Below are positions 17,691 through 29,700 of a DNA stretch of 64,000 nt, in pieces. Position 1 is the first letter of the stretch. Each line of letters opens with the position of its first letter. Position numbers and translations under genes: made by a program. The notes beneath the pieces are model-generated. The model did not search any database, was not told the origin of the DNA, and saw only the letters and a list, made by a program, of their open reading frames with translations. Origin of the DNA: Lineus longissimus (lineage: Eukaryota); the NCBI RefSeq assembly GCF_910592395.1, contig NC_088309.1:22833923-22897922 (forward strand). The letters run 5' to 3'.

Positions 17691-18073
17691 ATTTTGATAA
17701 ATTGAAATTGAATATGCATATCATCTGTCTGGTATCATTGGTTCTCTTTGAAGAAACTAAAACATCTTAGGGTGCCTCTATTGGACTTGATTAGCACTGT
17801 GGAATTGATACCCAGCTACTATTATGGTAAGATGTGACCGTTGGTACCAAGAGGAGGTAACCTTAATTTGGTTGCAAACCTTGTTTTTTAATTGATGATT
17901 TCAATTTTGATGGTTGGATCCTTCCTGGCATGTCTGCATTGTCTCAATTTATCTAGGTAAATGTAGCTGCCTTACTGTGAGATTAAACAATCAGAAATGT
18001 AATTCCGATACTGTCCCGACAACTTATAAGGTCTCACATGCAACCATGCATTATTTAGAACATGCGCATGCAT

Positions 18074-18163
18074 TACAGTAGAACCTCTCTTAGTGGACAA
18101 CTCTCTATTAAGGACAGCACTTGTCAGTCCCAAGGGTGTCCTTAATAGAGAGGTTCTACTGTA
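18074..18163. mobile_element. MITE copy D: 90-bp minimal foldback form (two TIRs only)
   Basis: The sequence tacagtagaacctctcttagtggacaactctctattaaggacagcacttgtcagtcccaagggtgtccttaatagagaggttctactgta has perfect 17-bp termini in inverted orientation. Confidence 0.7.
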
Positions 18164-20616
18164 TTTATCTTCAAATACATGGTTGAAGTAATTATGCTAC
18201 AGGTTGGCTTGTGTGAATTCCATGAAAGAAACTATTGATTTTGATGCTGGTTGTGGTCCAATTGGATATATCCAAAATACTTTCAATTTCACAGTGTGCC
18301 TGTTGAGAAGAGATTATATTTTAACTCATTCAGTCTTGACCCATCAAAAACTTTGTTATCTGAGATATTCTGTTCTACTTAATTCTGAAAGCTCAGAAAG
18401 TAGATTTTTCTCATATATTTTAGGTTTTAAAACCAGGAATTTTATGCATGCTTTCATAACAGAACTGCTCAGAAATCCATTTTGGCTTTACATACATCGA
18501 AATTCAACCGTGCTTTGACTTAACTGTTACCCATGGGGCCGGTACTTGTCTCTTCAGTTGCTATGGCAATCATGTAAACAACCAGTAATGGTGCTCAACA
18601 TGACAGGTCAAACAGAATGCACTAAGAGTAAGTGAGGAAGCACCGTGGAAACTGTGGTCTATCGGGGATCTGATGAGCGTGGCCTCCCATCAACCTTGTG
18701 GTCTCAATCCATCCATATGTTTTATCAAGATTTGATTAAAACTCTCAAAGCATATCTCATTGAGCCACTCTTTCATTAGGGATGACCCCTGAAACGCATC
18801 AGATATTACTGGCTGCATAGGCCTCCATTACATTTAGATCGATGGATGTGCCTTAATATTTGGATGTGTTATATTTCACTTGAAAAGTATTAATATCATT
18901 GGTGATAAAATTATAAAGCTCACTGATTTCAGGCTAAAGTCGTTTACTGTCCCCAGCAGTTCAATTCATGGTCCTGTATAAGTTCATGCTATTCACGCAC
19001 TGGGTGTAACTGCTTGCATCTTAAATGAACCACATTCATAATCCGCAATCAGTTATTCATAACCCGCAATAATTCATATCATGTGCTGGAATTTTCATAT
19101 GCTTTGCGTAGGCTTGCATTGTCCGGGGCATGATCCATAATAAAAGTAACATGGAGTTAATGAAATCAATTATTCATAGTTTTTCTTTTGATGAGGGCAG
19201 GTCGGCTAGCATACCTGTATTTCCACGGGCTGCTGGCTGGAGGCGCATGTGTGGTGTTTATTTTGCACACATGCAGCATTGTTTTTGACAACTTCTTTGA
19301 CTCGGATATGTAGTGACATCAACTGTCGCTCGCTACGTACAAATTGATGATTTGCTAAGCGTTTGTGACACCACTGTGGAGTACCTTTAAACGGGATTAT
19401 TCATTTGCTTAAGAGAACCATATATGTTAAAAAGTGGATGCCTCATTTGAACTTTCTGTTGAAGTTGGAATATATTCTGTAGGAAGTTGGATACCCTGAA
19501 CTTCTTTGGAGGTTTGGATAAAGTTGATCTGTGCAACTGGATTATATATCTTGTGGTAATTTTTCTCCGGGCCTGCAGAATTGGGTAAGTTTTCATCAAT
19601 AAGAAATAAAATGGAGAAAAATATATCAGCAAATTTGATAGCTTGTTTGGATAGGTAGCAAAATCCTGGACCTTTTCTTTACTCAGATATCTTGTAGGCT
19701 TATTCTCCTGCCCATTGAACTTAGAAATATCAGGATTCAATGTTCTTGATCTTGGGGAAACATACATGGTGTTGAGAACCTGTCTGTATAATGGAGCATC
19801 TTGGTGTTGATTTTCTTGTATCATCACTAAGAATGAAGCAAGCTGGTGCGACTTGTATTAGGCTGACCTTATTGTCTTTGAAAGATGAGCAATGAGAATG
19901 AGCTGTTATCATTTTGAAGTGGATCAATGGGAAGTGATTGGAAAGTCTTGGGTCATAAAAAGAGAAAGCTGTGTTATAAATAGTTACTGATGAAGATCAT
20001 GTCTTTTCTACTTTCAGATATAAAAGATTAATCAGTCCCTGTATGATGGGTTGGTGAAATCTAGTTCATCTCAAGATAGATCGAGGTGAGTGAAACAGTG
20101 AGTGCAAAAAAAATGTTTAGCCTCATGATAATTCTAATGTTGAGAGATGGAGAAATAAATACAAAACAAAAAGTGAAAACAGGCTCATTGATTTCATGTC
20201 TTTGGTTTGGCATGACTCTTGAAGAATGGTATGGTGAGTCACTCCAAGTTTTAATCAATACGGTGGTGACATTTAAAAGCGGAGTTTGATGATTATTGAT
20301 GAGACCCACCATGGTTACGAACTAGTGGAGCGTCCATTGTTACATTCCAAGTTCATAGTGGTAGTTCATATCAGTCTTGCCGCTGTTTTTAATTGGCTGT
20401 GAAAGAAGAAATGCTTGGATAAAATCTTACTATTTTAGAGAAGTTATGATCTGTTTTCAGTAATTTCAATCAGACTCGACCAAAAGTTTGAAGTAAAAAG
20501 CTTATGTTCTAATGTCTAAAAATCCACTCAAGCCTTAACAGAACTGCATGTTACCTGAAATTGTCTTGTTCTCCCCAAATGAACCCTCTGTATGTTCCAG
20601 CAATCCAGGCAGAATA

Positions 20617-20787
20617 ATGTCTAGCTGTTTGAAGGTGTCGCTACTGTTCTTGGTGCTGCTTGGTCCTTGTTATGGACAAGTCGTGGTCATCACAACTCCC
20701 CAGATAGACGTCAAGGAAGGTGACCAGTTCCCAGTGAAAATCAAACTCATGGGCGAGACATCTGATGAACTGAGTGTGGTCGTGCGG
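20617..20787 (+). CDS. ADGRV1: ADGRV1 exon 1 (ATG, signal peptide)
   Basis: Encodes MSSCLKVSLLFLVLLGPCYGQVVVITTPQIDVKEGDQFPVKIKLMGETSDELSVVVR, then donor gtaagtg. An in-frame upstream ATG at 20548 is less likely because ttccag at 20600 suggests a 5'UTR splice. Confidence 0.7.
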
Positions 20788-23700
20788 GTAAGTGATTTTT
20801 CCTTTATTTCACCCTTGTGTCTCCTCTTCTAGTTTTTATATTAGCAAAGGTGAGGACCGTCTTGTCAGAGTAAGGACTTTTCCAACCGTCACAAAGATAC
20901 ACAAGGGCATGACTCTTATTCATCCTGACGCTTGAAGGGTTGAAATTAATAACGTTCTGATGTGCTTATTTCCGCACACCAGAAGTGAGCAATCATTTTG
21001 TGAATGTTAACCCTTCAAGCTTCAGGCTCAAGCTCAGTTGAGCTAACACTGATGCTTGTCTCTAATGTCATTTGAGCGACTGGGCCATGTAATATTATCA
21101 TAATTGTATTTTCTCTACAGTAATGTCCTATTTGTCAAGCTTCCTCATGTTTTTCTCTGGCATTGTCTATTATATTTCAGTTGAGTCCTGAATCCGACCC
21201 TGCTGACTTTGAAGGTACAAGTCTTGCCTGGGTCTTCAAGAAGGGAGCCAAAAATGAAGAAGTTGAATTGATCTTCACGACCAAGGATGATAAGATTCCA
21301 GAGAAGAATGAAACGTTTATTCTGGAGCTTCTTGTGATCAAGGGGCCAAGTAATGCCTTGGTTGGTGACCCATCGAAGGCTACTGTCATCATCTTGGCTA
21401 ATGATGATGCATTTGGTGTCATTGGCTTTGCAGATGTAAGTCAGTTTTGTTGCTTGATATTCAACACTTACATTAACATCTTATCAAATTCTGTTCTGGT
21501 CTTATTTACTGGGTCGTTGTATCAATGCTACTTTAGAAAATCTTTAGGAATTGGGTTCCAAAGGGTTAAATACATGATGAGCTTGATGGAGATATATTAG
21601 CTTGTTAGTTATATGGCTAAAAAAGTTTAGGCTTTTAGTATGTTTCAGTATAATCTAATCTCAAGTTAAATCCTAGAGCTACACTACATGATCAGGACAT
21701 CCCATAGTATTTTACTTGCATCCATTTTAAATTCACTGACTAAAATGACTGTATTGAGTATTTATAAATGAAACGTTTTATCGATGTCCCACTGGCTTAC
21801 CCAAGGTTTTCAGTAAGTCAGTGTCAACAGTTCTTTTGGCTTCATGCAGAGATTGTTTTTGTGGCTTGATGTCCCATATTCCAAGTAATATTCAACGCTA
21901 TTGATTTCTTCAGCCGTCAGCCAAATCTGTAGAAGAACTGATTGGTAAAGCAAATCCTGTGAGTTTGACTGTCAAGAGAACACAGGGATTGTTTGGATCA
22001 GCCAGAGTCGCATTTCAGGTAACCTTGGTCTTTGAAGATGTGTACGATGTTTCTCAAGTAATTCAAAGACAGAGAAATCTATTCACAAATATTAAGCTTC
22101 CGTTGAAGTAAAGGAAAACAGTAAACCTACAATGAAATATGCTGTTCTGTTTCCATGATTTTCCAGTTCAGGTTTCAGATCTTGAGAAAAAAATGACAAG
22201 ATAAACCAACTAATTGTGTCAACAGGGTGTCCAACGAAGTAGCAGAGATAGTCTTAACTCCGCTCCCGGGCGTAACAGTCAGCTTCCAAGCAGAGCTTAT
22301 CATCTAGCCTCAGGGTTATAGTTTCAACTCCACTCGTAAAAACATGTGGTTTTCTCCATCATGTTCAAGGATATTGTGTATGGTATATTTGACCTGCAGT
22401 ATTGTCGATGTCAACAATAAATATTTCTCAGCTTTACTATGCAGAAGTGACAAATGCACATGATCATAATCAATTGACTTTCTTTCAGACATCTTGGAAT
22501 AATGGAACATTGAGCGGTCCATCTGACATCAGTCCAACAGCTGGTGAGATCATCTTCGGAGAAAACCAGGCGTCTGCTATACTCACCTTCAGTATCCTAC
22601 CAGATGAGGTAAAGTGCTAAAACATCGCATGTGATTTTGAATAAATTTTACGCCATGACTATAGCTATTCCATTCTCATGGCAAGTTCCTGCGGTGGAAC
22701 AATAATGATAAAGGTCGCAGGAGTTGGCCCAGATGAATCTGCTCAGCTGACATGGGGTTGCTCTAAGTCTGCAACCCTTAGACCTTTTGTTATCACTCAC
22801 CTAATTGTTACAAAACTTGTTGCAAGATTGATTTGAGGAGAACCTCTTGATGATAAACCAAATAGTAAACCAGAAATGGCTACAAATACATCTCGCCAAG
22901 TTCGCCAACCTCAGTGGTTGGAGGAACCAAACTTGGGTGTGGTTGGCATTGGAATAATAACTATGAAACTCTTGAATGGATATTAACTGTTTTTTTGGTT
23001 GTTCCCAAAACTTGAACTTGTCAGACCTGGGGTACGCCCATCTGACTGTATACAAGAAACTACTACAGTTTATACTATGTGTGCATGAAGTGCTACAAAC
23101 TCTAGCAGACAGTGAAATAATCAATGCCCACAACCATAACTAGCCTATTAATGTCGGTAACGGTTTATGAAATGTTGATGGAGTTTCCTCTACTGGGACA
23201 TGAACTGATTATTTGATAGAAATGCCTTTTGCTCTTTAATAGTTTAAACTGGTTGCAGCAAAATATTTCAATCGTTTGAAGCCTATTGTTTCTTGTGGTG
23301 TTGACAAATCAGTAAAATAAGAGCTTTTAGAGATTTAGAACCCCATTGAGAAAGCACAGTAATAAAGGTTTAAATGGTGGTAAATCACTGATTTCATTTT
23401 TTCGGACATTTTCTCACCATGTATTATCTCAATAGGTTCCAGAAGAAAATGAAGTGTATCAGGTGACTCTATCCCTGAAGTCAGTTGGGCCTACCCTCAA
23501 CACCGCGAGTTCAGTGGTCGAGATTATCATTGTGAAGAATGATGCACCAGTCAGGTTTGCTAAGGTAGGTTTCCAGATAAAATTGTCCGGTCATCTTAAT
23601 CCTGATATATCAGTTTCCCAGATTGTTGATTGATTGTTGTGTGAAGGGAAAAGTAGGCCTTTCATCTAGCTGCCATACCCTGCCATCTGTTCACATATCG

Positions 23701-26700
23701 TATTAAAGAAAGGTCCAAGAAAGAAGATATTTAGCCTGGAGGAGATGGGGCTAATCTGAATCTGGGTGGACATCACCCAAAAGTTAATAAGTCTGTAAAG
23801 GAACAATATTTGCATGTAAGTCCCTTTTGTGTTTTTGACAGATAGAGTCATTATTCCAGTAGGCTTGAACTTGAAATAATCGCCTTTATACTATTTTCTG
23901 GAGACAACGCGATGATCTTTTGATCAACTGTAGATCATCTGATTCTGTTCGATCAATGGGACTTGCATATTCTTGTATTCTTTTGAAATGAGGCTGTTAT
24001 GTTTGGACTGATCGCGTAATGCCTACATCATCCCTAATTCCTTCTTTCAGTCCCAATTCATTGTTGATGAACTGAACAGCCAGAAGACCTTACAGATTCC
24101 AATATACAGAGGAATGTCTGCAGATGGGAGTGCTCCAGTTGGACCGGCGGACAAACTTGCATCAGTAAACTACTTCCTTGTGTCAAACTCGGCAAAATAT
24201 CAACAGGATTTCCTCGGAAGTAACGGGACAATACGCTTTGATCCAAAGATTCGCACGGACTCCATAACAATCTATATCCAGCCTGATACGATTCCTGAAT
24301 ATTTTGAGAAATTCACCGTAGTTCTAGCAAATCCTGTTGGCAATATTGTCCTCGCCGAACCAAAAGTTGCTGAAGTTGTTATTAATCCGAATGATGATCA
24401 CAATGGAATCTTGGAAGTGAAATCTAAATCAGGTGCTGTTCGTCCCAGCATAAAGGTCAATGAAGATACTACAGTCTCTACAGCAGATTTGTCTGTAGTT
24501 CGGCGTGGTGGTTCTTTCGGGGTCATCTCTGTGAAATGGGAAATCACACAAGATTCGGGAAAACCGGTTGCTGATCTGACCCCTACTTCTGGAACGATCG
24601 AATTCAAGGAAAAAGAAACAGAAAAGCCGATCACAATTTTGATTGTACAGGATACTGCGCCAGAAGTTGTTGAAACGTTTAAAGTGACTTTAGTTAATGG
24701 TTCAGTCACTGGTGGAGCTAGGCTTGGTGAGGTTACTACTGGGAGTTTGACGATTGAGGATAGCGATGATGCCTACGGTGCTTTTGGGTTTGCAAGTGGA
24801 GATCAACAGAAGCTGGAGAGTGTAAGTGTGAAAAATATGTGTTGCACTGACAATGTCACAACCTTGAATCAAGTGAGTGAAGAGCTGGCAGATCAGTTCT
24901 TCAGACACATACAATCATTTGAGATAAGTCATCAAATGGATTTACAATAAGGAACATCATGGGGCGGGTTTTTGCACCAATGATTTTCAAGGATAGGCCT
25001 TTTATTACTTTTAGTGTGTTCGAATGTGGTTTCCCTTTGAAGTCTTTGATCTCATCTTACTTTATCTGACCTCCATGTTTCAGTCTGTCGTGCCCCGACA
25101 TATCCAGCTGACGATTACCCGATCTGGCGGCACCATCGGCCAAGTCCAGCTCAACTATACCATTGTTTACGTAACTAATGGGACCATTTACAAGGACGCA
25201 TTAGAACAAGGAAGCACAGGCTCTGTTGTGTTCGGGGAAGCTGAGCAGAAGAAGATACTGAAGCTGATTATCAAAGCGTCAACGTTCCTCAACGTTGGGG
25301 CGTATTTCCAGGCAACGCTTGACGGCGTTGACCTCACAGACAAAGGTATTGTCCACTTCAGTAGTCCTCGCATCGGCAGTGAGTCGACGATGCTCCTGAA
25401 CGTGACAGCTGAGAATGCTGATGGTGAGATTGGATTTACACAATCTGGAGATGTCCTTGCAGAGGAATTACCAGATAAGGCTCAGTTGGTAAGTTTGATT
25501 TCCATTCAGGCTTGGATCCAAGGAGAACAATCCCAAACCTGTCCTAAAAACCAAGACGTCTTTATATATGTATTGCTAATACAGTTGTAACTATGAGAAC
25601 GATTTCATTGCACTTCAGGTTCGCTTGGGTTTGAGTCGTGAGGGTACCAATGGTGATGCCACAGTATCCTGGAGTATGAAAGCATCTGGGCCGAATGCTT
25701 CTCTTGTTACTACAGGGGACATCAAGCCTTGGAGTGGCCAGGTCAGCTTCACATCAGGTACGTCATTAAGTCTAGATTGATTCTCTGTTTGCAGTGTTGA
25801 ACATTGTGTTTTGACACAGGTGATAATCAAAGTGATGTACGTCTATTAAGGAATGACTTCCAAGCATTTCTTTGTGTATTTCAGGCCAGAAAGAGGCTTT
25901 CATCGACCTGCTCGTCCAGCCAGACACAATCCCAGAAATTGATGAGCAACTCATGATCACATTGGAAAAGGTTGAACCGTCACCAAAACAGAAACTCCGC
26001 TCCGGTGCTACAGAGCGTAAGATTGTCATCAAGGAGAATGACAACCCTGGTGGAACGTTTGAATTCTCGGCTCAAATGTCAGGCAACTATGTCCTCAAGG
26101 TTTGTTGATATCAATTCTTTGCCAAAGACTTCAAAGGTACATGTATGTCTAGATGGCTATCTTTATGGGAGATTCAAAGAAAAGTGGTAGGCATTTAATA
26201 GGATGCAATGAGCACTAAGCTTCAACTGGGACATTATACTATCCAAGCTGGCTGCACAGAATTGAGCTATTTTAAGACAAATTGACAACCATGATACCAC
26301 TGTGTCACAGCTTCGATACTATCAGCAATGTTGAAGAAAGAGATGTCGTCATCCAATTTCAGGAAGGAGGTAATCCAATCTATGTGAATGTGACACGATC
26401 AGGAGGTGCCCTTGTGCAGAGGTCAGTTCTTTATTCAATCAGTCCAAACGGAGCATCACAGTTCTATGGCGCTCAGGATGTCATGGTGTTCAACCAGGGG
26501 GACAAGTTCAAGACGGGAACCATCCTCACCATTGATGACAACATACCTGAGGTAAGTTGATTGTGATGCCTGGCTTCAAGGATAGATTGGTCTAATGGTT
26601 AAGGTGTGGGATTTCTAATCTAAGGGTCATTGGTTTGATACCCAATATGAATACAGCGCTTGTGGCCTCAAGAAAGCCTCTTTACTAATGTGTCCTTTGA

Positions 26701-29700
26701 ATGAGATGTGAAGCCCAAATTCCTTGTACCTGGTACCTAGCCAAGTAGCATGTTGGATTAGTTTCGATGCAGTACATGTGTTAACCCAGCAGCATTAAGA
26801 AAAAGAAGAAATTTAATGATTGAGGAAAAGTGAAAATTTAATTATCACATTTACTGTTAACTCTACCTTTAGATTGACAACCTGTTCGAATTAAAACTCG
26901 AATCCTATAATCTGGCTGTGGCTTCTACCCCTGCTGTGATTGGTGACAATAGCCTCATCAACATAACAATATTAGCCAATGATGATCCTGAGGGTGTGAT
27001 CGTCTTCAACAAGTCGGCTCTGGTTGTTCCTGTCAGTAAGTTACTGTTGCTTTCTTTTAATTGCTTTTGAGTAGTTAATTCATCTAAATGCATAGAATCA
27101 AGACAACACCAGGTGTCATCCATCCCCGGTTCGATCCCCTCAGTCAGCTCTTCCTCACTCCACCCAGGTGAATGAATGGGTATGATTGAGCTGCTCATCT
27201 GTGTCTGCTGAAAGATTCAAGAAAGTCCAGGGTTAAAGTGTTAAGTCAGCTGATAGCCACTAATGCTGTCGATATCAGACTAAACCAAAAACTTCGTTTT
27301 TATGTGACATTTTCAGGTGAGAGTAAAGGAAGCACTATCACCACAGCTGAGGTTGATGTCCTGAGGACACGAGGAACCTTCAAGAAAGTAACAGTGGATT
27401 GGAAGGTTGTCAAGAACACATCAGACCTGACACCCATGAGTGGCACTGTCACATTTGAAAACAGGCAAAGCAAGGCGACTATCAACATTATGACACTGGC
27501 AGATGAGGTATAGTCTTTTTACGATTGTCAAGGTTTCGAAAAGGGAATCACAAAAAATTGTCTGTTATGCTAAACAGACATGTGTTGAATGTCGATTGTG
27601 TGGTGGGCTTAATCTGACACGACAGGGATACTTAAAAGGCATGGATTAACTTTTGATGTCAGGACGAAATGGTTATTGCGTAGAGATCTAATTCTAATAT
27701 TTATGCATTTCAGATTCCAGAAGATACTGAGACGTTCAGTGTTGAACTTAGTAACCCAACCAATGGAGCAAAGATTGGCAAGCCGGCTTCTGCACAGGTT
27801 GTCATATCCAAGAATGATGATGCAATCTATTTCAAAGGTGAGTATCATCAAGGATGTGGTGATTTACAATCAAAACAAGATATTCAGAGCCAATGTGCAT
27901 GTTTCTATTAACGCTGTTGCATTTATAGCCTTGGCAGTTTAGAGTACCAGTACCTGAATATTTGTACATGTTTTTGTTCTTCCAGCCCCTGCCTCTGTAG
28001 ACATCCAGGAGACGGAAGGTGTCAAATTTACCGTTGTCAGAGACAGCGATGCCAAACAAGTTGCTAAAGTCAAATACAGGACGGTAAATGGTACAGCCTC
28101 TGGAGGGTTAGACTTTGTGCCAATAGATGGTGCACAGTTGACGTTCGCTGTCGGAGAGAAGGAGAAGCAGATTGAGATCCAAATATTGAATGACAAACTG
28201 CCGGAGCCGAATGAGACATTTTTTGTGGAGCTATATGATGCAGAAGGTAAAAACAGAAGTGTTCGAGTCTGAATTTGTCACTTCCATGTGACCATACAAA
28301 GTGTTCTGTAAATGTAAACATTATTTCTTGTAATTTTCATTGATACCCTTCCCACATTGGAAGTTAGGCCTCCCGTATAACACTACAGTTTTCTTCTGAA
28401 AAAAACCTTACAGATTTATAGATAGTTTCTGAACAGTTGTCTGAGATCATAAGACAAAACAAATTCTGATTCTACAAATTTCTTTCAAATTCAAAATTAC
28501 AGGTGATGTGGTTGTTTTCGGGGCGACCAAGGCGACTGTCCGCATCCTTAGCAATGACATGGCTGGTGGGGTATTCAAGTTTACTGCACCATTGTCTGAG
28601 GATGCCAAGGAAGGGAGCCCTACTTCATTCAAGTGAGTAGAAATGTACAGTAGATATAACATAGTTGAGGGTTAAAGGAAAGAACGACAAGAATTTTGAT
28701 TTCAGCTGCTGCTATTTTGATACTACTTTGTCTGCTCATCATCAACCTCAACTCCCTGAAGGAACATAAGATTCTGCACTCCTGGCTTTCTTTTAAACAT
28801 TCACACTGACGATCTCTGCCAGCATCATCCAGTTTGAAATAGAGTCAACCGTCTTGCTCAAAGAGACAATGATTAAGCAGTGGTGGTCTTCATGAGAGTC
28901 AAACCCATACTACCACACTGTCAGAAACATGGTGCTCTAATCGCTATAAACAGCTTGTGTCTGAACAGGTTTATCCCATTATTTTTAGTGTTATTCGTGA
29001 TATTGCGCAATTTGGAAGTGTGGCGGTCTTCTGGGAGATCTACAGCATCAGTAGCAACACATTCAACCCTAACGGCACAGACTTTGACAACATGAGAGGC
29101 TCTGTGGTCTTCAAGGAAGGAGAAAAGGTCAAAGCGCTGACTGTTACACCGAAGGCGGATGGCGTGCCCGAATTTGATGAGATGTTCAAGATTGTTTTGT
29201 TTAACACCTCAGGTGAGTAGACCACTGGAAATTGAATTAGTTCAAGGAAAGCATTGTGGGTATTACTTTGTGGCAAAAGATGATGCACTTCTGACTTTGA
29301 TGAAATGTATCTTGAACATGTTTGTTAAAGACCTGATTCGTCCCCAATGTAAAGCTGTGAAAGTGTTGTTCTTTTGACTTCTCTTTCTGTGTTGTACATT
29401 GAGGAAACGTTTACAAACATTGCCAACCTGACCCTGCTGTGATCTTTCAGGGTCTCAGACATAGAATAGGCATGGTGTGTATCTTCATTGGCAGTGGTGT
29501 GTCATGTTGTATAATGCTTGTTATCCCTATTACCTTCCAGTCATCTCTGACGATGTTGATAACTTACAAGCGTCACTCGCCAAGACGGACTTGACCGTAA
29601 ACCTGACCATCAAAATGAATGACGACCCCCATGGCGTACTTGGCTTCCCAGTGACGTCCAAAGAGAGAGATGTGGCAGAGGACTACTACCCTGGGTTCAA

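Noticed and set aside
20548-20616. Upstream in-frame ATG (MLPEIVLFSPNEPSVCSSNPGRI) as the ADGRV1 start
   Set aside because: The hydrophobic signal peptide begins at the second Met (20617). An acceptor-like ttccag at about 20600 suggests that upstream sequence is 5'UTR or intron. This remains possible but is less parsimonious.
24398-24914. Minus-strand ORFs (24398-24709, 24702-24914) and other antisense ORFs overlapping ADGRV1 exons (e.g. 25188-25373, 27300-27488, 32821-33111)
   Set aside because: They are antisense shadows of a long sense exon with strong Calx-beta homology, and carry no independent motif or splice support.
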